IMG/VR virus record: IMGVR_UViG_3300021425_000033
Span: 1 to 63,879 of that record
DNA from: a virus
Lineage: Duplodnaviria > Caudoviricetes
Reading direction: 5' to 3' (one strand)
Length of the DNA: 63,879 nt
Shown here: positions 36,580-48,581 of the stretch, piece after piece
How positions within the stretch are numbered: the first letter of the stretch is position 1
Layout of the letters: each line of letters opens with the position of its first letter
Program-made: the position numbers and the translations under genes
The notes under the pieces: model-generated
The model's input: only the letters and a program-made list of their open reading frames with translations
Databases searched by the model: none
What the model was told of the DNA's origin: nothing

Positions 36580-39500
36580 ATGGTAGATACACGAATCAAA
36601 ATTAGTTCAATCGCTGCAAACCAACTTCCAGGGTTTGTAAAAGAAGAATTCCCCTTAGTTGGAGAGTTCTTATCACAATACTATCTTTCTTTAGAAGGTC
36701 AAGGATCTACTTTAGATATTCTACAAAATATTGATCAATATGTAAAAGTTGACAGTTTAACTAATTTAACTGATTCTACCACGATTTCTAGTGATGTTGA
36801 TTTTGTAGATGAAACTATCACAGTAACATCTACATATGGATTCCCACAATCTTATGGACTGATTCAGATTGATTCTGAAATCATTACATACACTGGCATC
36901 ACCACAAATTCATTTACTGGATGTGTAAGGGGATTTAGTGGAATTACTTCTTACAGGGGATTAAACACACCAGATGAACTTGTTTTTTCTCAATCTGGTA
37001 TTTCCACGCATTCATCAGGATCTACAGTTAATAACCTAAGTGTTATTTTCTTAAAAGAATTTTTAAATAAAGTAAAAAAACAAGTAACTCCAGGATTTGA
37101 AGATAGATCATTATATTCTGGAATCGACCAAAATCTTTTTATTAAACAATCTAAAGATTTCTATTCTTCAAAAGGAACAGATCAATCATTCGAAATCTTG
37201 TTCAGAGCACTTTATGGTGAAGATGTTGAAGTAATCAAACCAAGAGATTACCTATTCATCCCTTCTGATGCAAAGTATAGAGTATCTAGAGACTTAGTAG
37301 TGGAGTCTTTAGAAGGAAATCCTGAAGATCTTATCAATAGAACTTTATTCCAAGATCAAACAGATATATTTCCTGGTGCAAGTGGATCTATAAACGATGT
37401 TCAAAAAATAGTAAGAGGTAATAAAGATTACTATGTTATAAGTTTAGATTATGATTTTGACAAGGATATATCTGTAGAGGGATCTGTTTTTGGCAAATTT
37501 TCAATACATCCACAGACAAAACTTATTACATCAGTTTCCACTGGATCAACAACACTTGATGTAGATTCTACGGTTGGATTTCCTATCTCTGGTACATTAA
37601 TTGCAGATTATAGTGACGGAACTTCATCAACAATTACATATGAATCAAAAACATTAAATCAATTTTTTGGATGTTCTGGTGTAGATAGACCTATTGATTC
37701 TACTCAGGATTTAAGAGTAGATGCATATGCGTATGGATATTCTGGTTTAAGCACAGATAATGTTGTCAAAGTAAGAGTTACTGGAGTCCTTTCTGATTTA
37801 GATTTGTTCTCAAATACATTTTATTATGAACCTGGTGATAAGATAACAACTAAAACTTTAGGTATTGGTTTAACATCTAAAATTTCAAATAATTGGTTTT
37901 ATAATGTAGCAACTTCATATGATGTTCAATCAATAACTTTACAAAATGCGTCAAACTTTACATACAATATAAGAACTTACGACAATCACAACTTTGTAAT
38001 CGGAGATTCTGCAAAAATAATTTTTACCGATGGTACAGAGAGAACGACAAATATAAATTCAATCTTAAATGAAAATACTTTTACTATTGGAGGACAAGGA
38101 CAACTTGATGTACAAAGAACTTATGTTATACAAAAAATATTATCAAGAGTAAATTCTAACAATTATCCAGAACTTGACATTTATACAACTAATGTTCAAA
38201 ATTTATATGCTGATGGTCAGTCTCTTTATGTAGCTTCTCCATCCATACCAAATTACTTAAATCAACCATTAAACATAAACAATAGGTCTGTTACTTTATC
38301 TGGAACATTTAATGGTGAAGATATTTTTATTTCAAATCATGGATTTTATACTGGAGATTCTGTAACTTATCGTCCAGAAAGTTCAACAAATACTTTAAAT
38401 ATTTTAGAAGGAATTTATTTTGTAAAAGTAGTTGATAAAAACACAATAAAACTTTCAAGAAGCAGATCTAACATTTATAATAACAATTATGTATCAGTTT
38501 CGGGAACAATATCAAATAATCTCTTAGAGTATACTCCCTTTGCATATCAAAAATTAGAACCTCAGAAGATAATTAGAAAAATTTCTGATGCAGTAAATGA
38601 TGAGAATGATCATGAAACTGTTTCCGGATTAATAGGAGTTCTCGTAAATGGAGTAGAGATTTTAAATTATAAATCTAATGATTTTGTGTATTACGGTGCT
38701 ATAGAAGAAATTGATGTAACTTCTGGTGGATCAAATTATGATGTTATCAATCCACCAGTTCTTGAAGTTACTGATGTTGTTGGATCTGGCGTATCTGCAT
38801 ATTGTGAAATTCAAGGAAACCTCGAAAGAATAGAAATCGTTGATGGTGGTTTTGATTATGTTGAAAACCCAATTATTACCATCACTGGAGGAAATGGAAC
38901 TGGAGCAGTAGCAAAACCAAATTTAGTTACTATTAGTCATTCAGTATCTTTCAACTCTATTGAAAGTGCTGGACTTGTAAATCTAACTAATAATACTGTA
39001 TCTTTTTCAACGCATCACAAATTTAGAGATGGTGAGATAGTCATATATGATACTGATGGTCAAACATCGGTTGGTGGACTTTCAACAGATTCTCCATATT
39101 ATGTTTCTGTTCAAGATTCATTTACGGTCAAATTTCACAAAACTTTTTCGGATGCAATATCTGAAGTCAATGTCATTGATTTAACCTCTTATGGGGTTGG
39201 TAATCATGCAGTAAAATCTGCAAATCCCAAAAAAATAATAGGATCTATTTCCATTGAAAATTCTGGAAGTGGGTATAAAAATAGAAAGGTAACCGTTTCA
39301 TCATCTGGAATTAACACTTCTTCAAATACTATTACGGTAAAAAATCACAGATTTAAAAGTGGTGAACTAGTATATTATACTCCAGGAACATCATCCATTG
39401 AAGGACTTTCCCAAGGATCTTATTATCTTACCAAAATAAATGACAACGACTTTAAGTTGTCTCAAGTTGGTTTTGGATCTACATCTTCGGATTTTTATTA

Positions 39501-42500
39501 CAGAAGTTCTCAATATATTGATTTAAAATCAACAGGATCTGGAATTCAATCTTTTAATTATCCAGAAATTCAAGTTACAGTTTCTGGATCTATTGGAGTT
39601 TCTACTAAAACTGATCAAGATTTTAATGCAATAATCCAACCAATTTTTAGAGGAGAAATTGCTTCAGTATTTGTGGAAGATGGTGGAGTCGGTTATGGAT
39701 CTTCAGAAATTTTAAATTACAATAGACAACCTTCATTTACATTAAATTCTGGATCTGGAGCTCAACTTCAAGCAATAGTTTCAAATGGAAGAATATCAGA
39801 AGTAGTGATACTTAATTCCGGATCTGGATATAATTCTCCACCAACATTAACAGTTGATGGATCTGGATCTGGAGCTATTTTAATCCCAGTGCTGTCCAGT
39901 GGAGTAATAACAGAAGTTAAAGTAGTTGCAGGTGGATTTGGATATACATCCGCAGACACTTCAATTACTGTTATTGCGGCAGGTTCTAACGCACAATTTA
40001 GAGCTACTCCTAAAATATGGACGATCAATTTATTTGAAAGACTTTTACAAAATAAACAAATAACTGACGATGACGGTGTAATAACAAAGGGAACTAATCA
40101 GTCATTTGGTCTTCAATATTCCCACTTATATGCTCCAAGAAAATTAAGACAGTCGGTATTGGGAAGTAAAGTCGTTGATGGAGTAACAATATATTCACCA
40201 GATCTTAGATTTGAAAATGGAAAAGAAGTTTTATCAGACACACACTCTCCAATAATTGGATGGGCATATGATGGAAATCCAATCTACGGTCCTTATGGAT
40301 ATTCGTCACTTACAGGAGGATCTGTAAGACTGATGAAATCTGGATATGAATCATCTATTCAAACAGATAGACCAGATCCAGTTAATTCTTTCGGTAATAG
40401 AATTTACCCCGATGGATTTTTTGTAAATGATTTTTCTTACAAAAAATCCGGAGATTTGGACGAATTTAACGGTAGATTCTGCATCACTCCAGAATTTCCA
40501 GATGGAATTTATGCATATTTTGCAACTATAAACACTGAATCTTTAGAATCATCTCCGCCATTTAGAAACTATAGAAAACCAGAATTTCCATATTTTGTTG
40601 GAAATAAATTTAAATCAAAACCAATAGATTATAATTTTGATAGATATTCAAATCAAGATGATGTCGATTTGAATTCTACAGATTACGTTAGAAATACCAC
40701 TCCATATAACTTAAATTATGAAAATTCATCATACGATTTTCTAGTTAATCAAAATAAAATACAAAGTCAAAATACTGAAATAGTTAGTGTATCTTCAGGT
40801 AAGATACAATCAATAGGCATTGTTACTGGTGGACTAAATTACCAAGTTGGTGATAACTTAATTTTTGATAACTCAGAAACTGGTGGAATTGGAGCAAATG
40901 CTAGTGTTTCGTTAGTTGCTGGTAAAGAAATATCTAATATCAGTATTGCTAGCACTAATGTTCCAAATGTAGAGTTTGTCCCCACTAATCTTAATGGATA
41001 TTTTATTGGATTTGCAACTTCTCCACATAATCTAAAAAATTATGACATCATCTCAGTTAGTGGATTGAATACAACTGGAACAAATCTTCAATCTTTATTC
41101 GTTGTAGGTATATCTACAGATTCATTTGCACTCAAAACAGATATTCCAGAAAGTTCAGTTACTGGAATCATAACTTATTTTAGTATAACTGGAAATTTAT
41201 CTTATCCAAATATTAGAGAAAATGATATTTTAGGAATAGGAACTGAAAAAGTAAAAGTTCTTAATATAGACCCAGAATCTTCAAGAATAAAAGTTTTAAG
41301 AGAATATGATGGAACTGTCGGTTCTTCACACACCGGTTCATCACTACTAGTAGAAGAACCAAGAAAATTTTATTTTAGTTCCAAAATAGTAAATACACCA
41401 TATCAATACGAATACACTAAAGAATTTTATTTTGATCCAAACGAAACAGTTGGAGTTGGCACTACAAGTGGAGTTGGAATAGGATATATATTATCTTTTT
41501 CAAATCCTGGTGTTGGGTTAACTCAAATTTTCATTCCAACAAAGTCACTTTATATTCCAAATCACAACTTAAATACTGGAGATGAATTAGTTTACAATAC
41601 AAATGGTGGTGGATCCATTGCTATTTCTACAGATGGTATTTCAAACTTTGCATTAACAAATGGTCAAACAGTTTATACTGCAAAAATATCAAATGATTTG
41701 ATTGGAATATCAACTTCAAAAGTAGGTTTAGGAACTAATGGATCTTTTGTTGGCATTGATAGTAGTGTATTTGTAAATATACTTTATTTTACTGGTATTG
41801 GAACAGGAGATAATCATAGCTTTACAACAAACTCTCAAAATATTTTGAAAGGTATTGTTAACAAAAATTATGTCAATGTGTCTACAGCATCTACTCATGG
41901 ATTAAAAATCTATGATAGAGTCTTTATGGAAGTTCTTTCTGGAATAACAACAACTGTTTATATCCAGTATAATGATTATCATAGAAAGTTAGTTGTCAAT
42001 CCAAAGAATTTCTTATCTGCAGATGTTGATATCTTAGATAACTCAATTACCATAGAGAATCATGGTTTCGTAACGGGAGAAAAGGTATTACACACGTCAG
42101 CATCTCCTTCTGGTGGTTTAGATTCAAATGGAATATATTACGTTTATGTCGTTAGTGATAATAAATTCAAGTTGTGCAATACTATAACTGATTCCACAAA
42201 AGAAAATCCAATTGTTGTTGATATTACTAGTGCTTCTTCAGGAACTATTTCTAAAATAAATCCACCAATAGCACTTGAAAGAAATAAAACTGTCATCTTT
42301 GATCTTTCAGATTCTTCACTGTCATTTGAAAATAATTCTATTTCATATTCTGCTTTTGATTTTAATATTTACAGTGATTATAGATATAAAAATGAGTTTT
42401 ATTCTAGTAGTTCAAATAATACCTTTGAAGTTGTTAAGAATGGTACAGTGGGAATTAGTACAGATGCTAGACTTACATTAAAAGTATCAGATTCTTTACC

Positions 42501-45500
42501 GAAAACTTTATATTATAATCTGAGTCCAATAAATCCAGATTTGAATATTGATATCAAAAAGCAAATTTCAACTGACAATGAAAATATTAAAAATAATAAT
42601 TCATTAATTCTAGTTTCTAATATTTTAAATAAAGATCATCTATTAACCGGAATTGGATCAACTACATTTACTTTCAGTGTAACAGAAAGTCCAAGTGAAT
42701 CGATTTATACTCAAAATGATGGAATAATTAGATATTCAACAAATTCTAATACTGCTTATGGTTCAATTTCATTAGTAAATGTAAATTCTGAGGGAAGAGA
42801 GTATAAAAAATTACCAGGAATTTTTGGGGTTTTATCCGTTTATGGAAATGGTGCAATTCTTATACCAGAAAGTACTTCCATTGGAAAGATTTTAAACACT
42901 AACATACAAGATATTGGATTTGATTATTCTTCAGATAAGACTTTAAGACCACAGACTCAAGTTCCACAAATATTAAGAGTTGAACCATTTTATTCATTTA
43001 ATAAAATTGGAATAAGTTCGGTTGGAGTTAATTATTTGACTGCACCCAACTTAATTGTTTTGGATGGAAAAACAAATCAAAGAATAACTGATGTTGATAT
43101 TAGATATAATCTTGGTGATGATGAAGTAAAAATATTTAAAAATACTGAATCATTAAACAACAGAATTCCAACTATAATACCAATCAACAATTCAAATGGA
43201 ATTCCCATTTCATCGGTATCATTCAATAATTCAACTAAGGATGTAACTGTTTCACTTGGTGTAAGTTTTAGTTCAATTAACGATTTTCCATTTGAAGTCG
43301 GTGAATCTATTTTTGTCGAAAATATTAGTGTTGGAATTGATAACACTGTTAAAGGATATAATTCTGCAAATTATAATTATTCATTCTTTACTATTACTCA
43401 AAGAGATCCAAATATTGGAGGCGCAAATGCTACTATAACCTATAATCTATCAGAGTACTTACAACCAGGAGAGATTGTTGGAACTTATGATTCTATAAAT
43501 TCTGCAGGAAGAGCAATTCCAGTAAAACACTTTCCAATATTTGATATTTCAATAGTATCAAACAACTTCTTTAAAAATGAAATTGTATCTTCAAATTCTG
43601 CATCGGGTAGTGTTAATTCTTGGGACAATAGAAATGGTTACTTGAAAGTTTCTTCAAATAAAAATTTTGTTATAGGCGAAACTATTATAGGATCTTCTTC
43701 AAAAACTATTGCAAATATAGTTTCCATTTTTAATCTAAGTTCAAATTATTCTGTAGATTCTTCTTCTATAGTTAAGAAGGGTTGGGTTACTGAAACTGGA
43801 TTTTTAAATAATAGTTTGCAAAGATTGCATGATAATGATTATTACCAATATTTCTCGTATTCACTCAAATCAAAAGTTGAATATGAAGATTGGAATAATG
43901 CAGTAAGTTCGTTAAATCACACTGCAGGATTTAAAAAGTTTAGTGATTTGATTGTAGAATCTGAAGATTTAGAAAATGTTGGAATTAACACTGATCAAAA
44001 TCTTGGAGACTTTGTTGGAATTTCTGATTTAATTTCAGTTATTGATCTTAATTGTGTCAATGATTTTGATCTGGCAACAGAGAGAACTTTAAATATAGAT
44101 TCTTCAATTTATTCAGATGAAATAATATTCAAGTCAAGAACACTTCAAGATTATCTTGAATCAATTGGAAATCGTGTTTTAATAATTGATGATATAAGTG
44201 GAGAATTTAATAGCAATCCAAGACCTGAAATATACAGTTCTGCCGACTTGTTCCTTTTAGAATCTGCAAGAAGTAAAAAATATATTACTTATGCAATTGA
44301 TAAGAGATTTACTGGTGAAAGACAAATACTTTTAGTAACCTTATTGCACAACAACAGTGTAGGTTTCTTGAATCAATATGGTAGAGTCGAAACATCTTTA
44401 GATCTTGGTTCTTTCGATTTTAATGTTGTTGGATCTGAAGGACAACTTTTATTCTATCCAAATAAGTACTTAGTAAATGATTATAATTTAAGTTTAGTTG
44501 CATATAATATCGAAGATTCTATCGCAGGTATTGGATCAACTGATCTTGGCGATACTGTAAAAATATCAAGTAGCACCAAAACCATACCTTCAGGTACGAG
44601 TTCATCAACTACAATTGTTGGTATTGCATCGACTTATAGATCATCCAAGATATTGGTTCAGTATGGTGCAGTTGATAATTCGTATTTTGAATATGATGAA
44701 TTGACGGTTATTCATGATGGAACTAATGTTGAACTTCTAGAGTATGGTCAACTATCAACAGATTCATTATTACCTCCAGCATCACCTGGACTTGGAACAT
44801 ATAGTGCTTATTTGTCAGGATCTGATTTAAATATTGACTTTACTCCTAATGTTGGATTAGGTGTCACATATACAGTTAATACACTTAGAATTTCTATAGC
44901 AAATACATCATCTACTGGTGTATCGACTTCTACTTTGAATACTACTATTTTAGATTCTAGAATAACATCCATTGCATCTAGTGTATCACCAGTAGCAAAT
45001 ATAGTTTCCGAATACTCAAATGATTATTCTTGTGCTTATTATGTTGCAAGTATAGAAGATACTACCAATGGTAAATATCAAATTTCTGAAATTGTTGTTG
45101 CTGATGATGGAACAACTCCATCGATAACTGAATTTGGCATTTTACAAACCAACAATAACTTAGGAGATTTTGACTGCACAATATCTGGAGGAAAAACACA
45201 ATTAACCTTTACACCAATTGCAAATATTGATGTTCAAGTAAGAATCTTCCAAAATGCTTTGCGATTAGTTGATACAACAGGTAAAAATACTTCTATAGAT
45301 TTTAATAATGCATCCATAAATTCTGCATTTGGAGAATATACTGGAACGGAGACAGATATTCGACGTTCATTTAACCTTACTCATAAACAATTACCTATTT
45401 TTGAAAGATACTTTGTTGGAAGTGCATCAACAATTGTTGATGTTGCAAATAACCTAATTACAATTCCAAATCATTTTTTTGTCACTGGTGAAGAACTGAC

Positions 45501-48500
45501 TTATAGTTACTCTGGTGCTGGAACAACTCAAGCAATTGGAATAGCAACAACATCCATTATTGGATTAGGAATAACTGATAAACTTCCACAAACTGTATAC
45601 GTAGTTAAGATTGACGATCTTTCAATAAGACTTGCTTCTTCTGCAGAAAATGCACTCAGAAACGTTCCAAGTCCACTTACCATAACATCTGTAGGTATTG
45701 GTACTTTACACTCATTTACATCAAAAAAACAAAACTCTAGAGTCATCATTGGAATAGACAATGTAATACAATCACCCATTGTTTCTACTACAATCACAAC
45801 TACTTTATCCCAAGAAGCATTAGTAACTGATGATACAGTTACATTATCTGGAATAACATCTATTTTTGGAGGCGACTTATTAAAGATAGATGATGAAATC
45901 ATGCGAGTTAATACTGTAGGATTTGGAAGTACTAATATCATCTTAGTACAAAGACCTTGGATGGGCACCGGAATTTCGACTCATCCAAATGGATCTTTAG
46001 TGACTAAAGTTAGTGGTGACTACAATATTGTAGATAATACAATTAACTTTATTACCGCACCATATGGTCCAGTACCTATAGGAACAACAACCAATAGTCC
46101 TGATGAAGTTGATTATGTTGGAATAACAACTCATTCTACTTTTAGTGGAAGATCTTTTATGAGATCTGGGATTCCAAATACCTCTGATGAACCTTATACT
46201 CACAACTACGTCTTTGATGACATTTCCTCTCAGTTTACTGGATATTCTACATCATTTAATCTGAAATCTTCAGATTCAAATGTAACTGGATTCTCTACTG
46301 ACAATGCAATTGTTCTTGTCAATCAAATATTCCAAGGACCCAAAAAAGTTCTTGGTGGAGTTGATATTGGAGACTATGATTTAGAAGAGAATGTCGGCAT
46401 TACTAGTATCCAATTTACAGGATCAATATCATCAACATCCTATGACATAAACACGTCTAATGTTCCTATCGGTGGAGTCATCGTTTCTGTTGGATCTACT
46501 GCAGGATTTGGTTATCAACCTTTAGTGTCTGCAGGAGGAACAGCTGTAGTTTCTGGTTTAGGGACTATTTCATTAATTAGTATTGGTAATAGTGGTTCTG
46601 GATACAGATCTGGTATTCAAACTGTTGTAAATGTTGGTATTGCTACTTCAAGCACTGGAACTCCAAATATTGAATTTATAGGAACTGCTGCAGTAAGTAA
46701 TGGTCATATTGTAAGTGTTGCTATTACAAATCCTGGAGCAGGATATACTTCAACAAATCCACCTATTGTAATTTTTGATGACCCACTCTCATATTCCAGT
46801 ATTCCACTGATTTATAGTTCATCATCAACTCCAGGTTTTGGTACTGGAGCAGTGGCAAATATCGTCGTTGGTCAAGGTTCTAGTGTAATTGATTTTGAGA
46901 TTACAAATCTTGGATATGGTTACGGTCAGGGCGAAATTCTAACAATTGGTATTGGCGGAACTGTTGGAATTCAAACAGATACTTCTTTATCATTTGAAGA
47001 ATTCCAAATTACTATTGATAGAACATATACCGACAGTTTTGCTGGATGGTCTCTGGGAAGTTTATTAATTATAGATCCATTAGATTCTCTGTTTGACGGA
47101 ATCACTGTATCATTCCCAATTAAAGTTGATGGAAATCAAAAGACCATTAGAGCAAGAAGAGGATCTCCTATAGATGTTGAAGCAACTTTATTGGTCTTTA
47201 TCAATGATATATTACAAGTTCCCGGTCAAGGTTATATCTTTAATGGGGGAAGTTTTATTACATTTACGGAACCACCAAAGTCTGGTGATACTTCAAAAAT
47301 TTTATTCTATCAAGGAACATCATCTGTTGACGTTTTAGATGTTGATATTCTTGAAACCATAAAGATTGGTGATGATGTTAGATTAAATGATGATGATATT
47401 AGATTTAAAGAAGATGAAAGAGTTGTAACAAAGATTAATTCATCGGATAGTATTGAAACAAACATTTATGCTGGTCCTGGAATTTCCATCAATCAAAATT
47501 ATGAAAGACCCTTGATTTGGTGCAGACAAACCGAAGATAGATTTATAGATGGATCTGCAGTTGCTAAAGATAGAATTCTTTACGAACCTTTGATTTATCC
47601 AAACACAAGATTGATTCAGTCAGTTGGAGTTGGATCTACGGTTATTTTTGTTGAAAGTGTTAAGACTTTCTTTGATAGTTTGAAAGAAAATTCAACAAGT
47701 CAAGATAAGATCATAATCTTATCTCAGGATAGTATTGTTGGAGCATCAGCAACTGCAATTGTTTCTATTGCAGGAACAATTAGTTCAATTTCTATCACTA
47801 ATGGAGGAATTGGATACACCTCTGCTCCTACAGTAACTGTATCAAATCCAGTGGGTCTTGGTTCAACTCAAGCATGTATTGCAGTCTCTTCTATCACATC
47901 TGGAATTGTAACTTCCATAGTAATCACTTCACCTGGAACTGGGTATACAACATCAAACCCACCATCAGTCTTGATAGAAGAACCTAAGATTTCTGGTTAT
48001 GTTGAAGAGATATCTTCTGTTGAATATACTGGTGATTTTGGAATTATTTCTGGAATTTCCACCACTTCAATTGGAGTTGCATCTACAGGAATAACATTTG
48101 ATTTTGTAATTCCAGAAAATTCCTTCCTTAGAGATAATTCTATCGTTGGAACTGGAATAACTATTAGTGGTATTCAAACTGGTTATTACTTTGTAGTTTA
48201 CAATTCTAACATTGGAAGTGGAGTTACTTCACTTAGACAAGATGCATCCATTGTTGGTGTAGGAACTTCTTTCTTGGATAATATTTACGAAGTATCTGCA
48301 GTATCAATTGCCCAAACAGATGCAATTGGATTTGGAGTTACTTATGTTGCCAAGGTAACAGTTAGTGTTGAAAACTACAATGGATTAACTGGTACTGGTT
48401 ATAGCAGTTTCTTTGGTGAATATAGTTGGGGAAGAATTTCTGTTTCAACTAGACTGGATCCAAAAACATTTACATCATACAACAATGCACTTTCTGGAGT

Positions 48501-48558
48501 ATCAACATCACCAATAGTCTTAAGATACAATCCACTGAAATATCTAAATTATAACTAA
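36580..48558 (+). CDS. gp7: Giant baseplate wedge initiator gp7-like protein (3992 aa)
   Basis: QLPGFVKEEFP, KDFYSSKGT..S..ILFRALYG and DNDYYQYFSYSLKS...NHTAGFKKF. Many GSGY and NHGFxTGD repeats. Lies between gp6 and gp8. Confidence 0.85.
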   Translation: MVDTRIKISSIAANQLPGFVKEEFPLVGEFLSQYYLSLEGQGSTLDILQNIDQYVKVDSLTNLTDSTTISSDVDFVDETITVTSTYGFPQSYGLIQIDSEIITYTGITTNSFTGCVRGFSGITSYRGLNTPDELVFSQSGISTHSSGSTVNNLSVIFLKEFLNKVKKQVTPGFEDRSLYSGIDQNLFIKQSKDFYSSKGTDQSFEILFRALYGEDVEVIKPRDYLFIPSDAKYRVSRDLVVESLEGNPEDLINRTLFQDQTDIFPGASGSINDVQKIVRGNKDYYVISLDYDFDKDISVEGSVFGKFSIHPQTKLITSVSTGSTTLDVDSTVGFPISGTLIADYSDGTSSTITYESKTLNQFFGCSGVDRPIDSTQDLRVDAYAYGYSGLSTDNVVKVRVTGVLSDLDLFSNTFYYEPGDKITTKTLGIGLTSKISNNWFYNVATSYDVQSITLQNASNFTYNIRTYDNHNFVIGDSAKIIFTDGTERTTNINSILNENTFTIGGQGQLDVQRTYVIQKILSRVNSNNYPELDIYTTNVQNLYADGQSLYVASPSIPNYLNQPLNINNRSVTLSGTFNGEDIFISNHGFYTGDSVTYRPESSTNTLNILEGIYFVKVVDKNTIKLSRSRSNIYNNNYVSVSGTISNNLLEYTPFAYQKLEPQKIIRKISDAVNDENDHETVSGLIGVLVNGVEILNYKSNDFVYYGAIEEIDVTSGGSNYDVINPPVLEVTDVVGSGVSAYCEIQGNLERIEIVDGGFDYVENPIITITGGNGTGAVAKPNLVTISHSVSFNSIESAGLVNLTNNTVSFSTHHKFRDGEIVIYDTDGQTSVGGLSTDSPYYVSVQDSFTVKFHKTFSDAISEVNVIDLTSYGVGNHAVKSANPKKIIGSISIENSGSGYKNRKVTVSSSGINTSSNTITVKNHRFKSGELVYYTPGTSSIEGLSQGSYYLTKINDNDFKLSQVGFGSTSSDFYYRSSQYIDLKSTGSGIQSFNYPEIQVTVSGSIGVSTKTDQDFNAIIQPIFRGEIASVFVEDGGVGYGSSEILNYNRQPSFTLNSGSGAQLQAIVSNGRISEVVILNSGSGYNSPPTLTVDGSGSGAILIPVLSSGVITEVKVVAGGFGYTSADTSITVIAAGSNAQFRATPKIWTINLFERLLQNKQITDDDGVITKGTNQSFGLQYSHLYAPRKLRQSVLGSKVVDGVTIYSPDLRFENGKEVLSDTHSPIIGWAYDGNPIYGPYGYSSLTGGSVRLMKSGYESSIQTDRPDPVNSFGNRIYPDGFFVNDFSYKKSGDLDEFNGRFCITPEFPDGIYAYFATINTESLESSPPFRNYRKPEFPYFVGNKFKSKPIDYNFDRYSNQDDVDLNSTDYVRNTTPYNLNYENSSYDFLVNQNKIQSQNTEIVSVSSGKIQSIGIVTGGLNYQVGDNLIFDNSETGGIGANASVSLVAGKEISNISIASTNVPNVEFVPTNLNGYFIGFATSPHNLKNYDIISVSGLNTTGTNLQSLFVVGISTDSFALKTDIPESSVTGIITYFSITGNLSYPNIRENDILGIGTEKVKVLNIDPESSRIKVLREYDGTVGSSHTGSSLLVEEPRKFYFSSKIVNTPYQYEYTKEFYFDPNETVGVGTTSGVGIGYILSFSNPGVGLTQIFIPTKSLYIPNHNLNTGDELVYNTNGGGSIAISTDGISNFALTNGQTVYTAKISNDLIGISTSKVGLGTNGSFVGIDSSVFVNILYFTGIGTGDNHSFTTNSQNILKGIVNKNYVNVSTASTHGLKIYDRVFMEVLSGITTTVYIQYNDYHRKLVVNPKNFLSADVDILDNSITIENHGFVTGEKVLHTSASPSGGLDSNGIYYVYVVSDNKFKLCNTITDSTKENPIVVDITSASSGTISKINPPIALERNKTVIFDLSDSSLSFENNSISYSAFDFNIYSDYRYKNEFYSSSSNNTFEVVKNGTVGISTDARLTLKVSDSLPKTLYYNLSPINPDLNIDIKKQISTDNENIKNNNSLILVSNILNKDHLLTGIGSTTFTFSVTESPSESIYTQNDGIIRYSTNSNTAYGSISLVNVNSEGREYKKLPGIFGVLSVYGNGAILIPESTSIGKILNTNIQDIGFDYSSDKTLRPQTQVPQILRVEPFYSFNKIGISSVGVNYLTAPNLIVLDGKTNQRITDVDIRYNLGDDEVKIFKNTESLNNRIPTIIPINNSNGIPISSVSFNNSTKDVTVSLGVSFSSINDFPFEVGESIFVENISVGIDNTVKGYNSANYNYSFFTITQRDPNIGGANATITYNLSEYLQPGEIVGTYDSINSAGRAIPVKHFPIFDISIVSNNFFKNEIVSSNSASGSVNSWDNRNGYLKVSSNKNFVIGETIIGSSSKTIANIVSIFNLSSNYSVDSSSIVKKGWVTETGFLNNSLQRLHDNDYYQYFSYSLKSKVEYEDWNNAVSSLNHTAGFKKFSDLIVESEDLENVGINTDQNLGDFVGISDLISVIDLNCVNDFDLATERTLNIDSSIYSDEIIFKSRTLQDYLESIGNRVLIIDDISGEFNSNPRPEIYSSADLFLLESARSKKYITYAIDKRFTGERQILLVTLLHNNSVGFLNQYGRVETSLDLGSFDFNVVGSEGQLLFYPNKYLVNDYNLSLVAYNIEDSIAGIGSTDLGDTVKISSSTKTIPSGTSSSTTIVGIASTYRSSKILVQYGAVDNSYFEYDELTVIHDGTNVELLEYGQLSTDSLLPPASPGLGTYSAYLSGSDLNIDFTPNVGLGVTYTVNTLRISIANTSSTGVSTSTLNTTILDSRITSIASSVSPVANIVSEYSNDYSCAYYVASIEDTTNGKYQISEIVVADDGTTPSITEFGILQTNNNLGDFDCTISGGKTQLTFTPIANIDVQVRIFQNALRLVDTTGKNTSIDFNNASINSAFGEYTGTETDIRRSFNLTHKQLPIFERYFVGSASTIVDVANNLITIPNHFFVTGEELTYSYSGAGTTQAIGIATTSIIGLGITDKLPQTVYVVKIDDLSIRLASSAENALRNVPSPLTITSVGIGTLHSFTSKKQNSRVIIGIDNVIQSPIVSTTITTTLSQEALVTDDTVTLSGITSIFGGDLLKIDDEIMRVNTVGFGSTNIILVQRPWMGTGISTHPNGSLVTKVSGDYNIVDNTINFITAPYGPVPIGTTTNSPDEVDYVGITTHSTFSGRSFMRSGIPNTSDEPYTHNYVFDDISSQFTGYSTSFNLKSSDSNVTGFSTDNAIVLVNQIFQGPKKVLGGVDIGDYDLEENVGITSIQFTGSISSTSYDINTSNVPIGGVIVSVGSTAGFGYQPLVSAGGTAVVSGLGTISLISIGNSGSGYRSGIQTVVNVGIATSSTGTPNIEFIGTAAVSNGHIVSVAITNPGAGYTSTNPPIVIFDDPLSYSSIPLIYSSSSTPGFGTGAVANIVVGQGSSVIDFEITNLGYGYGQGEILTIGIGGTVGIQTDTSLSFEEFQITIDRTYTDSFAGWSLGSLLIIDPLDSLFDGITVSFPIKVDGNQKTIRARRGSPIDVEATLLVFINDILQVPGQGYIFNGGSFITFTEPPKSGDTSKILFYQGTSSVDVLDVDILETIKIGDDVRLNDDDIRFKEDERVVTKINSSDSIETNIYAGPGISINQNYERPLIWCRQTEDRFIDGSAVAKDRILYEPLIYPNTRLIQSVGVGSTVIFVESVKTFFDSLKENSTSQDKIIILSQDSIVGASATAIVSIAGTISSISITNGGIGYTSAPTVTVSNPVGLGSTQACIAVSSITSGIVTSIVITSPGTGYTTSNPPSVLIEEPKISGYVEEISSVEYTGDFGIISGISTTSIGVASTGITFDFVIPENSFLRDNSIVGTGITISGIQTGYYFVVYNSNIGSGVTSLRQDASIVGVGTSFLDNIYEVSAVSIAQTDAIGFGVTYVAKVTVSVENYNGLTGTGYSSFFGEYSWGRISVSTRLDPKTFTSYNNALSGVSTSPIVLRYNPLKYLNYN

Positions 48559-48581
48559 TAAATAGATAAAAAACTCATAAA

